DNA from: Macrostomum lignano
Taxonomy: Eukaryota
DNA: 64,000 bases
Direction: 5' to 3'
NCBI GenBank assembly: GCA_002269645.1
Contig: NIVC01002140.1
Span: 112,400-176,399 of the forward strand
Shown: positions 46,806 through 59,149 of the stretch, in pieces
How the letters are laid out: each line of letters starts with the position of its first letter
Numbering within the stretch: the stretch's first letter is position 1
Made by a program: the position numbers and the translations under genes
Notes under the pieces: generated by a model
What the model was told of the DNA's origin: nothing
The model's input: the letters and a program-made list of their open reading frames with translations, nothing else
Databases searched by the model: none

Positions 46806-49776
46806 TGTGCTTTTTTGTGTTTAGCATTTGTGTTTTTAAGGTTTTTGAATAAAAAAATCTTTTTGCACTACTAAGATTCGAACCCAGGTCGCTGCATTAG
46901 CAGTCCAGTCTGTTCGCATCTATGCTATCTCTTGTCAATTGGAATACGTGAATTGTGGCCCTTATAATTAAATTCTTATAGCAAATCGGTTAGAGTAAAA
47001 AGTTATGACATAATCAATTTCTCAGTCAGCCAGTATCAGTGTCAATTTAAGTTAGCAATATTGTTACGCAATTTAAATCAAGTTTTGTGTGCATTTGTTC
47101 GGCACTGTTTTCAACTGGTTGTGATGTAATCTTTATCACAATTGGAATTCAGTCAGTCAGTTTTTTCTCTAGCATTCTTACAATGCATTTCAGGTCGAAA
47201 GAGCTGCTTGACCTTTGCAAAAAAGCATGTTTTTCGAATATTTAATCCCTTTAATATTGAGCAATTTCTTAGCCAAGATGCATGTACCGTCCCAGGAAAA
47301 TTTCTGATCGAATGGTGCAAGTTTGAAGAAAATCGGTTGAGCCATTTTTTCTGAAATCTATCGCATACCTACCTACCTACCTACCCACAGACAACTCATT
47401 TTTAGTATATAGGATTTTTAGTATATAGGATGCACAGAAGCGCATATTTGTCATCGACGTCGATAAACGTTGGGAACGCCGGTCGACGTCGCCGACGTTG
47501 GATTGCCGTACGGGAACGATGGCTTCAAGACCTTTCAAGTACACGCCCATATGCAACCAGAAGCAATGCCTTCTCAATGGCTGAAGCAATGGCCCAGAAG
47601 CAATGGCTGAATTGGAATTTCGGCTTGGCTCGCTTGTGCAATTAACGGCCTTGAGAGCCACCCCCCAAGGCGCAGTGAAGTGTACATGCCTAACAATTGA
47701 TAAAGTTAGGGCCGCTGTACACTCCTGTGTGAGTGTGTGCCTGCGTAACGTATCCGCGCGCTTGTATGCCTGCTCAGGGGAGTCGGCGGAATGGGCAGTA
47801 ATGCCTCTCGCCGGTTGTGTACCTATGTCGCCTAAAGTGCGCCAGGGTGCACACAACCCCCCTGCCTCTAATAATAAAATAAAACTTTGAGGTAGCTAAT
47901 ATTTAAGCTTTCATCCCGCTAATGTTTTTAAAGCCTTTAGAATTTTCACTTCAGCTGATTGGATCGGTTGCTAATAATACAGCGCATTGTTGATCTTAAA
48001 TGCCAACGCTATTTACTCAAATTGCACTTCAAACTCCCATCAAGCGCCATTAATTTATTTCCGTAGCATTTAGACTTAGAAAATAATCGATTTGGGATCC
48101 ATTGTTGCTCAATAAATGAAAGCAGACTCAAGAACCAGGGGGTCCTTGAGTCAAATTCGTTGCAAATTAAATTTATGGTAATTGGATGGGCCGATGCCAG
48201 GCAGCGGACAAGCTGCTCCCGTCGTAGCTAGGACCTACGTCATAGCGTCGTAGCCACGCACATTCAGGTTACTATATTAGGCTGTCTTAATAACTACGTA
48301 TCAGCTACAGTCTATACATTTAGCTCTTCCGTAGTTCCGGTTAGCCCGATCTTTAACGGCTATGAGTAAGCGTTTAAATGATCGAATCCTGGTGCACACA
48401 GCTGATGCGGGGATGAGCTCCTTCATCATTTTGACTAAGACCTGGTACATCCAGTTCCCTTGTCCCTAATTCCCTCTGGTACCGTATTGTGACGTTGCTA
48501 GTTTAAGGTGGTCCCGCAAAAGGGCCGTTGGACTATAATTTCCCTTGCAATTTCTCATTTAAATTTCTCCAATAGTTTATTTTAACGTTTACTTGTAGTA
48601 GCGTGCAAATAATCTGTATCAATTGCTAATTCACTGTGTATTTGGTAGGCCTTGCGTTCGTCTGTAAATTTTAGCACGATCGATAATTTCAAGTTCCCTC
48701 GCCAGCCAATGAAAACTCTCCGTGTTTTATACTAACCCTTCTGCGCTCTTTATTAACCCCCGCCTGGCGGCGGGCTGGGGGCCTCCTCACTTCTGGCTTC
48801 GGGCGTCTGGCTCTCGTTTTCCTTCTCTCTCCTGGCTGCCTCGAGCCTCCTTATCTCTCGCCATGGCTCCTCTGTCTGGGCCAGCCTGTTTACACACTGT
48901 ACTCCACTGTGTACTGCCACGGCTAACGCCACTCTCACCGCTACTTATCTGCCTGTTTACTTACTACTCACTGCCTCCACTGTGCTCATCGCCATCACTC
49001 ACTACGTTGCATCGCCATTGTATCCTTCGCCTGCCACTCGACTTCATATTCTAATCACTTTCAAAACCATTCTTGCAGCCGCCAGTGCCCAGAACACTAT
49101 AGGTTTTGTATTGACATTAACCAGTCTAATATTGATCTCGACAATAAATTAGCTACGGCAGTTTCCTGCCCTTATACGCCAAGTGCTCCGCTACACACGC
49201 TACACAATCCGCTTTGCAAGAACTGACTTCGATTCATTTTGGGACTACAACAACTTACGACAATTCTCGTCAAACGGCCCTTTTAAGGGTCATAACCTCT
49301 ACGCCAATAACGTGACAGTATCCACAATAGCAGACTTTTCCCGAAAGAATCACTCACTCGTCTTGAATTGACGCTTCGTCTATTAATCATGGCCGGGCGA
49401 GAAAGAGCGCGTGGGGTTTTCCTGATAGCGACAAGTGTTTCGAGGGAGCGGTGTCCCTCGCCTGCCGCAAACTTATTCATACGTATATTTTCACCGTTAC
49501 ACCCAAAACCGATTGGCCACGCATAGATCGCAAAAACAACATAATATTATCGTAGCAAGTTAAGGCGCAGCTGGGCCAGAGATAATTGGGGGGAACGTCA
49601 GGGGGCAGCCCAGCCAATCAGACTGGGTGCGCATCAAGCTGGGGCAGACAAATGGGGGTTGCGAGACAAAATGGGGCTGGGTAAACAACTTATGGGTGGG
49701 GTAAGTGTGCAGCTCCGGGGCACACCTGCCTGAGAGTCAAAGATTGCTCGTCAGTGCAAATGCACTCTGGCAAGAA

Positions 49777-49925
49777 AAACATGTATGTGCTACTTTATAA
49801 TTAAATGTATGTGCTACTTTATAATTACATGTATGTGCTAATTTATAATTACATGTATGTGCTAATTTATAATTACATATATGCGCTACTTTATAAATAC
49901 ATGTATGTGTTACTTTATAATTACA
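49777..49925. repeat. 24-bp minisatellite (ACATGTATGTGCTACTTTATAATT)n
   Basis: About 6 copies. Confidence 0.9.
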
Positions 49926-51474
49926 CATATGGCCTCACACATAATACTTCTCAATAATCTCTGTAGCGAGCAACTCTAGCTGGTTGTTGCGAGTGTTAGT
50001 TAGCCACTCAAAAAGGTGAAGAAATAGAATGTGGCTGTGCCTGTATTTTTATTGTCTGGTAGAACACAGATTTCCGGTTCATTGAGTGCGCGTTGGGATG
50101 TGCTCGAGCAGAGGGAAGTGGATAGGCTGGGTGGGGGTCACGGAGTGCAAACTAGGTGCCCGAACTGCCTGCCTGCGCATGCTACGATCTCGAGCGCTTT
50201 CGGAAAGTCAATTTGATTAGACTGAACTGAGCGCAGATTCTTTATCTGACCCACTATATAGCTGCAAGGTGGCCAGGCTCACGTGCTCACGAGCTGCAAT
50301 TGGCTCCGATGGCTGTACGGGTAAAGCTGGTACAGTGCCGGCACTTTTGAGGATCGCAACTCCAACCCCGTACATGTACATATATTTCTACCGCGCCTAG
50401 CTCAGAGCTGCTGCCGTATCAAAGTAGTGAAATCTGGAACCAAACCAAACAGAACTCTAAGCTAACCCACTCGGCCAGCAGTTCTACTCCTGGAAACAAT
50501 ATTACTTGTTGACATACTATTGTTGGTATTTTGTGATGAGTGCGAAGACAAAAATCCAGTAAATGGTAAGGAGGTGCGCATCATGACGACGTGTACTAGC
50601 AGAGAAAACTTTGATACCAATTTGTATTTTTGAGGAAGTTTAGCATGAATATATAGTTTATAAACATACATTTATAGTTAAATATACTTAGCCAGGATAC
50701 ATGTACCGTCAGGGGAAAATTTCGGATCAAAAAGTGCAAATTTGGTGAAAATCGGTTGAGCCGTTTTTTCTGAAATCAACCGCATACCTATAGATACCGA
50801 CGTAGAAACAACTCATTTTACTAGTTAAATATATAATATATCGTTAAATATATAATATATATTTAATAAGATTAAAAGCTCGTTCCCACAGCTATCAAAT
50901 AAAGCCAAACTTAGAGTGATCACACAGCTTGTCCATATTTTTCCGTCGCTTTGTACGAGTACATCAATGGCGTGTTTGATGATTGATGACTTAGTTGATT
51001 GCCGGTGTGAACGAGTTTTAAGAATCCAAAAAATAAAATCTTCAGATGGTTGACCACATGGTTAAAATACCTAAGGACAAATAAAAGTTTAAGAAAAGCG
51101 CAAGTGAAAAAGGTACATGTCCTAAATGACTAAAGCAGCTAGTACAAAGCCATTCAATATCACTGAAATACTTAAAGATGAAATTTTTAGTGAGTTGAAA
51201 GTATGACGTCACTAAAACAAAGCAGTGGGCCACTTGACGGCGAAGCCACTTCAGATAAAAAATTCACATTCCAAGCTGATGGGAGACTTTTGAGTTTGAA
51301 CTGAGTTCAACTATACAGGTTAAAAGCTTAAAGGAACCTCAAAACGATCGAATAGAAGTGGAGAATAAACTTTAAGTCGAAAACCATGCAGATCAGGGTG
51401 CCCGCATAGCAAAATTACGTATCCAATGGAAAGTTGGACGTCTCCGATACGTAACTTTTTTGGTTGCAGGAACG

Positions 51475-51636
51475 TCCCTGATACGTATCCAATTTTTATG
51501 ATCCTCTAAAGAAGCTCGTTACTACAAAAATGGTGGAATAAATAATAATAATAAATAAAAGCATTATCTGTTAACCATTTTTGTAGAAACGAGCTAATTC
51601 TTTAGAGGATCATAAAAATTGGATACGTATCAGGGA
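51475..51636. mobile_element. Small fold-back/MITE-like hairpin, about 60-bp arms around an AT-rich spacer
   Basis: TCCCTGATACGTATCCAATTTTTATGATCCTCTAAAGAA...ATGGT is inverted at about 51574-51636. Confidence 0.75.
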
Positions 51637-52564
51637 TACATTTGGATACGTTTCAAAAAACAATTTAAATTTGATGTTTGGCCAATTGTTTGAAGTTCTA
51701 ACATAGCTAGTATAGACCTCGTAACCCGAACCGTGCACGCATATTTGTCACTATATAACCAATAGAGTTTCATTCAAATATGGAGCCAAATAAATCCGCC
51801 AGTCGGTCAATTTATCATCTCCTACATGCAAAGGCTTCCCGTTTGTGACCGGTCATTTACGTTTTACAGGTTAATTAAATCGTCCCACTTTCTTAAAAAC
51901 GTTTTGCTTAAGGTCACATTTAATGCGAATTGCTACTTTTAAATTGGGATTCATCAAAATTACTGCATTTACGAGCGTACATCGATATATGAAGTCACGG
52001 GAACAGAAGACTTTAGTAAGCGACGATGAAATAGAGTTAAGTTTTGAGATAGATAAATACTATACGCGTTGATCGAAAATAGACCAGGGCTTCGTACCGC
52101 AAGATAGTGTAAATAAAAAACTGAAAAACGGTTTAAGAAGACCAGAAAAAATTACATCAAACCAGAGGCCATTATACACCAAGACACTGTAGAAAAATAA
52201 AAACAAAGTTTTCAAGTCAATTAAAGCATCCCCGTTGCTGACAAATAGATAGTAGGCTTGTTAAAATCGGATTCAAGTATTTTAAATTATTGGCCGGCAT
52301 TACAAGGCCTAAGGTCCAAAATCAACACTTTTAGGCCACATAAGCAGTGTACCCTTACCTAAAAGCTAATTTCCAGTGCGAAATACAGTAGAAACTTGCA
52401 GAGTTGTTATATTATAAATTATCTTTTCTAAAAAAGGAAAATCAACGAATAACAGTTGTTAATTTATTTCCCCAAGCACAAATATTCCGTCCCATATCAA
52501 AAGCAAAGGAAAACAACCAGAGCAGAACGAGTTAGTCACAAATTGTCAACTATCGTGATAATCG

Positions 52565-55500
52565 TTAATTATCTTCACTTATGGCTCTCTCACACAGCTG
52601 CAGTGTCTCAGAAATCCTATCTCCGAATGGATCCTCAACTTCTCGGGTCTGGGCGATGATTTCGGCAGACTGGCGAGCCTCCAACAAGTACTTCTTGCGC
52701 TCCTGCCAGTTGGGCTTGTGCTCCATCTCCTCGCTGGCGATGAGGTTGTCAATGTACTCGACCACGCTAAGGGGGCATGGCCGAAGTGCCCATTTATCAA
52801 GCTCGTTGAGACACTTGCGGATAGTGACGATGTCGTATGTTAACTCGCTGTGCTTCTCCTTCAGATCTTGTCTCATGGCTGAAATCAGCTGCGTCTTATC
52901 CTTCCTATCTTTCACACTCTCTTCGTACTTTTTACAGATCGTCTCTACGTCCACAAGTTCCTCTTGCGTGGTGTGCACGAAATAATGATCGGCTGATTCG
53001 TGCTCCTTCCAGTTGCACTTCTTCGGACATACAGTGCAGCTGCCAAAAACAGTGATCGCCCGACACTTCCTCTGAATATCTTCGGGGCCCCTGGAGCAGT
53101 CATTGTGACAGGTGTTCTCACAGACCTTGCAGATCATGGCGTAGCGGCCTGGTCTAGTCATCTTCTTCACTTTCTTCGGCACCATCACTTTTCGTTTCTT
53201 GTTCATGTCCGCATCCTTGATCACAGCGTCCAAGGTTTTTACCAGCTCAAGCTCTTGTTCAATGCAAGAAATTTGATCGAGACACGCATTTACTTTGAAT
53301 AGAAGCTGGTCCTTCACGTTTTCCAGCCTGTCACGGTGTCTTAAAACGTCACGAGTAATTTTCAGTGATACGCTTTCTGACTGCTTCAACCAATTGAACA
53401 GCTCGTCATAGCTTATAAAGGATTGCTCCCAGTTGAGATGGTTTTGCTTCAGCATCATTTGGTGTTTTCGCTCTTCAGTCGAGCAGTCATGACTTTGTGG
53501 TTTTGATTCTGAGTTGTCGGAAAAAAGAACACCGTTGTTGAAGCTCTGGTAATTTTTACAGGGTACATTGTCCTCTCTGAGTGCAGCTAAGGCCTGTGGC
53601 TCACCGCTGTCAGCGAATGTCAAGATCGGAAGAATTAACTTCTCAACATCCTTTGCGAATAACGACAAAATGAGATTAAAGATATACTTCTGTGGCGCAG
53701 TTAGTCTGTTCTGCGACGCCTTCACAACAAAGCCGATCGCGTGCAGGACGCCTGTCATTCTCGGGATGCAGCTGCTATCTTCTCCGAGAATTCGAGCAAT
53801 TTTCTTTACCGCTCTCTGATCCTCCTCAAAACCCCGAGTGTCTCCAAAACCCGGGGTGTCGATGACAGTCAGTGGGCAGTCCAGAGCACTCTTTCCAGAG
53901 CAGCATCCTCCTGAAGTGTCCACCGGGTGAAGGGTGTATACTGACACCTTTGACGTCTGAGAATGAGCCTGATTGGGCTTACTCATTCGCTTAGAGGCAG
54001 TGGAGCTTGACTCTAATGAGCTGGAATCGGCTTCAGAAATGAGTCTCAGCCGAAAAGGATCCTTATACTGCACTTTATAGAAAGCATTGGCGATTGCATT
54101 GACAAACCTGGACTTTCCCGTTCCAGTCTCGCCCACGACTAGCATATATTTTGAATGCTCTGTCAAGTTTTCCTTGCTCTCGCCAATATCAAACGACTCT
54201 GGGCAGTTACAGTCGCCCTCGGGACAATGGCAGCTCTCAGGCAGCTTTAGAAGGCGCTTCTTGAGCTGAAAAATTTCTCCCGGAAAAGTTTCATCACCCT
54301 CTTTCTTCAGCGGTTTTGACTCGCACAGGACCTTACGAGCGTACTCGGAGCAAAGCTTCAGAGGATTAGTCTCGAAGTGAACACTCTTGGATTCCTCCGA
54401 GTCGCCAAATGCAGTCATCGTCGAGATCTTGGCTTTGAACTTTGTGCCTGGTTCGAGGTCGTGAATATCAATGCTCGTTTTGTCAGTGACTTTTGTGAAG
54501 ACCAAGCACTTCGAGCTCTTGCTCGCCTGGTAGACTTTTATTATGTATTGTACTGGGAGACCAAGGTCGCACTTCACAGCTGACCACGAAAGCTTTGACG
54601 TAGTAGATTTGATCTCTTCGCACACAATATTCTTCGGTGCAAGTGGCAGTTCCAGAGGACACCACTGTTGCTCTTTTCTGTACAGCTTGGTGATATGGAT
54701 CCGATTACTGTCGCTACGTCTAGACTCGCTTACCAGAGCAACAGCCACCTGCGAACCAAGGATGCATTCGTTTCTTTTGGCAACTTCGATTAGCTCATTC
54801 GCGAGTTTGTTTAACGTGTCATGATCTTCCGAGTCAATCCAGGTGTCGGCGCTTCGTTCCACAAAAAATTTATGAGTCACTTTATTCAGAAAAAGCCTCA
54901 AGTCCTTCAGGTAGGGAGATGCATCTGGAAAGGTCAGCTGAGCCAGTAACTTCTGATTGGCTGAACTTTCAAACTGCTGTTTGTCTATTGAATCCTTGAT
55001 GAGCTTGATGCCCACTGAACTCAGTTGAGCTGCCAACGCCTGCAGAGCGATGCACTCCCTCTCTCGATTCGAAATCCAGCCAAGAAGTTGAGCGGGTCCG
55101 AACGGAGAATTGTCTCGGTAATTGGTCAACAGCTTGGCGATTTTGTCGCATCCTTTCTTGTGCTCTCGAGCACCTGGCAGAGTCTTCAGCAGCTTTTCCG
55201 TGTATCTGGTCTTCATCTTCTCAACTTGGTTTACAAACTCTGAAAGCTCTGCGCGCTGCGTCTGCCACGGACTCGATGCCAGCACTCGTTGCTGTGTTTC
55301 GGCCGCGCTGATGACATCATTGAGCTTCTGAAGATAGTCGCCAGCTTCGTTCAGCTGCTCATCCGTGATCTTCCGCTTCAGCATAACTACTTTGCCTCCA
55401 AGCGTGCTCAGGGGTGTCAAGTATGCCACCAGTGGAGTCTTGGCTCTGTCGCTTGAGAACCTGCTCACGCATCCAAACGCCTCTCGCAAAGTCGTCGGTG

Positions 55501-56166
55501 GAGATTCGACATCGAAGTCACCGAAGTAGCGACACTTCACCCTGTCATACACGCTGTCGTCAAATTCGCTGCCGTACTTGGGCGGCGCGTCGGACTCACT
55601 GAAGGCAGCTTTCAGAGCGGACACCTTCGACTCGAGACTCTCCTCCGACGCTGAGGCCTCGCCAAGCGGCTCTCTCTCCTTTTCGAACACGAGAAAGGCA
55701 TTGGCTCCGAACTTGATGCCCGTCACCACATGGGTCGCCGGGGTGTCCGCCAGCTGTTGTGGAAACTCGACGCCTCCACTTGGCTCCAAGTGCAGCTCGT
55801 CGAACCTTGTGACAATCCGGTAGGCCAGAGTGACTTCCTCAGAGTTGAGACTGGTCTTTGAGTCGTTCAGGTACCGACCAGAGCCTTCGACCTCGGTGTT
55901 GCCACACAGGAAGCCGAGCTTCAGATCCGGACTGAGTTTGAGCAGCTTCGCCTTGTCCGAAAATGTGCACTCTTTTTCGATGCTGATAGTTGGAGTTGGA
56001 CTCACTTCCACTTGACTTTTGGTCATGTTGAGCTTTGCGGCTTGCGACCACAGCTTGGTCCCGGTGATGAAGCCGTCGTTTCGCGCATCGTACAGCGTGC
56101 CGAGAGCGACGGGCCGGCCCAGACAGGCCGTGCGGAGGTCCTTGTCACGAATAGCTTCGCTACGAT
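52565..56166 (-). CDS. Stonustoxin/neoverrucotoxin-like MACPF-CDC domain + thioredoxin-like region + FN3 + septin/AIG1-like GTPase + Cys/His-rich domain, exon 2
   Basis: ACLGRPVALGTLYDAR...GTKLW, ATHVVTGIKFGANAFLVF (SNTX-family signatures); FN3 PLAPKN...LSWS...LEPGTKF; G1 GETGTGKS, SQT, DTPG, TFAD; acceptor TTATTTTAG ending at 56167. Confidence 0.9.
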
Positions 56167-57126
56167 CTAAAATAACGAAATTGTGAGTAGTTCTACATGC
56201 AGTGCCAATAGTGCACTTATTATGGTGTCTCCGCTTCTGCACCCAGCAACAGCATGTATAGCAAGGTTGGAAGCAGCTAATATTTAGGTAATCTTTTAGG
56301 AATCTATAAAGCACCCACCACCTGGCTGGCTACCTTGCTGTGAGTGAGGCATATTTCTTTGACCATAACTTTCATAGTTGCTTCGCTTTTTTCAAAGTGT
56401 TCGGCAGCCGATCGTACTACTGCTGATAGACTCATCGAACCTAGGTTTTGCCGCCTAGATTCAGACAGATAGTCACTGAGTTAATTTGCGAGAGATTCAT
56501 AAGAGGCAGCTTATGGATGATAAAATTGACAGGATATCAGAGTAAGCTGAAATACCGATTGCTAATTCCGTGTGAAATTAGTCCTCCTTTCATACTACTC
56601 AATAGTATGAAACGCTCAGAATCAGATAAATACTTAATTAGCCTAAATTAGCCTACAAAACTTACCAGTAAACGCGTTGAATCGCGTACTATTAGAATCT
56701 GCAGTTTTATCAGGCAAGCCCTGCTCCCAAACAAACATGCTTAAACATACGAGTAGAAAATTAACACCCAATAACAGTGAATACCTAATCTCGATATGAT
56801 TTTCAGTGAGAGTGATACTATAACCCCACACGGTCATGAGCTCAACTGGACTACTTTTTACGCAACAAGCAAGCTGAGAAGTGTCGGGATCGATACGAGC
56901 TACAAAAGTGAATGCCTAAATGGCAGAAGCTTACTCAGTACAAGTCTGCAAGTCGGCTTAATGAGCCAATTTTTTGTTTCTGCCCTACTTGATGCTTCTT
57001 TTCTGCAGCAAGAATGTTGCATAAAAAGCTTTCTTCACTGAACACCGAAAGATGCATGTAAGTTAGCCACTCGTTTTGAGGGCTGCGGAGTGTGCAAGCG
57101 ACTGCGTATTACATCAGGCTGCTCAC

Positions 57127-57190
57127 CAGTCGATCGACCTCTGTTGAACTTCTCCTTCAGGCTCATCTTGACGGATGTAACCTTCTTCAT
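57127..57190 (-). CDS. Exon 1 of the MACPF-GTPase gene (MKKVTSVKMSLKEKFNRGRST); spliced protein about 1221 aa
   Basis: ATG at 57190, donor G|GTGAGC at 57126; phase 1 completes GAT (Asp) with exon 2. Confidence 0.75.
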
Positions 57191-57456
57191 TGTCGCTCGC
57201 ACCTGAGGTCAGGAAAGTGCACGCGCTCTGATAAAGTTTCAGTTCTACTTGTACTTGTACAGAAGTAGCTACTTGTATTGGTGTCCAGGGTTCCTGAAAA
57301 GTTAGAGCTCTGAAACTTAATGAGCGAGTTATGAGGTATATTCCAATCTTATTTTCATGCAGAAAAAAATAAGTCTACAGGAAATGTTGCGCAAGTCTAA
57401 GACAAGCAAAAAGAAAATGATAGCATACAGTAATAAATAACACTAGCAAAGGACAG

Positions 57457-57550
57457 GAACACCCAGTCATGGACAGAAACACCCAGCCATAGACAGGAAC
57501 ACCCAGCCATGGACAGGAACAATCAGCCATGGACAGGAATAGCCCCAGCC
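57457..57550. repeat. Short (about 5 copies) version of the 20-bp repeat that is expanded at 62-63 kb
   Basis: CCCAGCCATGGACAGGAACA units. Confidence 0.8.
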
Positions 57551-58689
57551 ATCGAGAAGAACCTTCAACAATAGATGGAACAGCCAAAAGTTGAAAGCCC
57601 AGAAGAAAACTATAGAAAGCTACAGCCAAGGATTAAAATTGAACTCACAGGTAGGAAAATTGCAGATTTCCTTTTCAAAAGCAGACAAGATCAAAGTGAA
57701 ATCAAGCCGAACCAAAGCATTTGCTCCGCAAGCAAGCGCTGTCCGCTAAAAGCTAGACTGTATCTGTCCCTATTGTACTGTCAGTGAAAAAGGAACTTCC
57801 GTTAAACCCAAGCAATCTCCCCAAGCTGCAAATCAATAAGTGCGTCTGTCTGCACACTCGCATGCGTGCACAAGCAAAGTGGTAATACACAATCCGACGT
57901 ACAGTTCCTTGTAAGTTCCTCGTTCCTTGCTTAATCGTCTGCTACCACAAACGAGAACCTCCACCCCGTCCATTCCGCTTGTCTTTCGAAATTGATTGAG
58001 GCTGTGTACCCGCTACCCGCTTTGAGAAAACAGACGGTGGCAATGCACATTCAAATTCTCGGAGACAAGTGTCGATTATTGAGCTATTTGAGGAAAATAA
58101 GTTAACGAAAAACAAACAGAGCTGTCTCAATGTTCAGACTGAGTTAAGTCAGATTGAATTGGATTAAAATTGGACAGTGTCTGGGGCGAAAGGCCAAACT
58201 TATTTGCTTATCTACAATCAGTTAGTGAGTGTGACTTGGGCGTAGGTTAAAAAGGGATGTTATTAACCTACAGATAACGACAGTTCACGCTTACTTGCGC
58301 ATCCGAGGTCTTTCCGTCATAGACACCAAAAGAACAGACAGATCGTACGAGCGTACTTAATCTGCAGATATTCCTCGTTTTGCTCCCAGTCTTCATTCTT
58401 CAGTGAGGATTGGCCATTGCACTGCACTGGTAAAGAAAGAGCCCAGGAAATGAGCGTGAGCCGTCATATATGTAGGCCATAGGGTAATATATCAATACCA
58501 TAGACATTGATATATTCCTGCACGGTCACGAGTGCGGGAATGACATCTGCACGAGTGCGCGCTAGCGCACGAGTGCACGATGTCCTTCACGCACGAGTGA
58601 ACGTGAAGGAATTCCATTGTCGGATGATTCATCGTGCAGGAATGCACAAAACCGTGCAGGAATGCATTTCTGCGCCTAATGCTTTTTCA

Positions 58690-59020
58690 GTGAAATTTTA
58701 CCATAGACATCCATTCCTGCACGCAAAAGAGTGCAAGAATGCCATTCTTGCATGGAAAATCAGCCGACAATGTGAGGGCAGAAAGATGGAGAATCCGAGG
58801 GTCGCGAATAGATAGATAGATAGATAGATATAGAAGCGACCCTCGAATTCTCCATCTTTCTGCCCACACAAGTCTATCGTATCGACTTATACCCTAATTT
58901 GCAAGGACGGGCAGAAACTCCATTTCTTGCCCTGTCTATGGTAACTCCGTACTATTTGAGTGTGAATCTTTTCGAATTTTTATTTCCTGCCCGCTGCCAA
59001 TGTCTATGGTAAAATTCACG
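58690..59020. mobile_element. Fold-back MITE-like element with CCATAGAC-containing TIRs and an internal palindrome around (GATA)n
   Basis: GTGAAATTTTACCATAGACAT vs ATGTCTATGGTAAAATTCAC; inner 30-bp arms at about 58777-58806 and 58835-58864. Confidence 0.65.
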
Positions 59021-59065
59021 GGTTAATGCTTCGTATAAGCATTAACCTGAGTTATTAACCTAAGT

Positions 59066-59106
59066 GTGAACCTGAAGATGCGCACTGTTGTGCGAAACGC
59101 GTCGTA
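59066..59106 (+). ncRNA. Minimal type I hammerhead ribozyme motif (Penelope-like element type)
   Basis: CUGAAGA (59072-59078), extra U, 5-bp helix II GCGCA/UGUGC, GAAA, palindromic ACGCGU helix III, GUC cleavage triplet; helix I weak (2 bp). Confidence 0.55.
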
Positions 59107-59149
59107 ACTAATTTAATATTGATGAATACAGAATTCCCAATTACCTCAA

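Larger units (their letters stand above)
38854..47414. mobile_element. Head-to-tail dimer of a non-autonomous Helitron/Helentron-like element, each monomer carrying an 18-bp and a 23-bp array
   Basis: Monomers start ACTAGCAATCTTCGCCCCC at 38854 and 42253 (5' CCCCC..GGGGG hairpin), share the head, the inter-array linker and a about 600-bp tail ending CAGACAACTC(ATTTTTAGTATATAGG); no TIR or TSD seen. Family assignment is inferred. Confidence 0.65.

Noticed and set aside
56167-56314. First 49 residues of the tracked 1249-aa ORF
   Set aside because: Lie upstream of a strong acceptor; an ATG exon at 57190-57127 joins in the correct phase, so this stretch is intronic.
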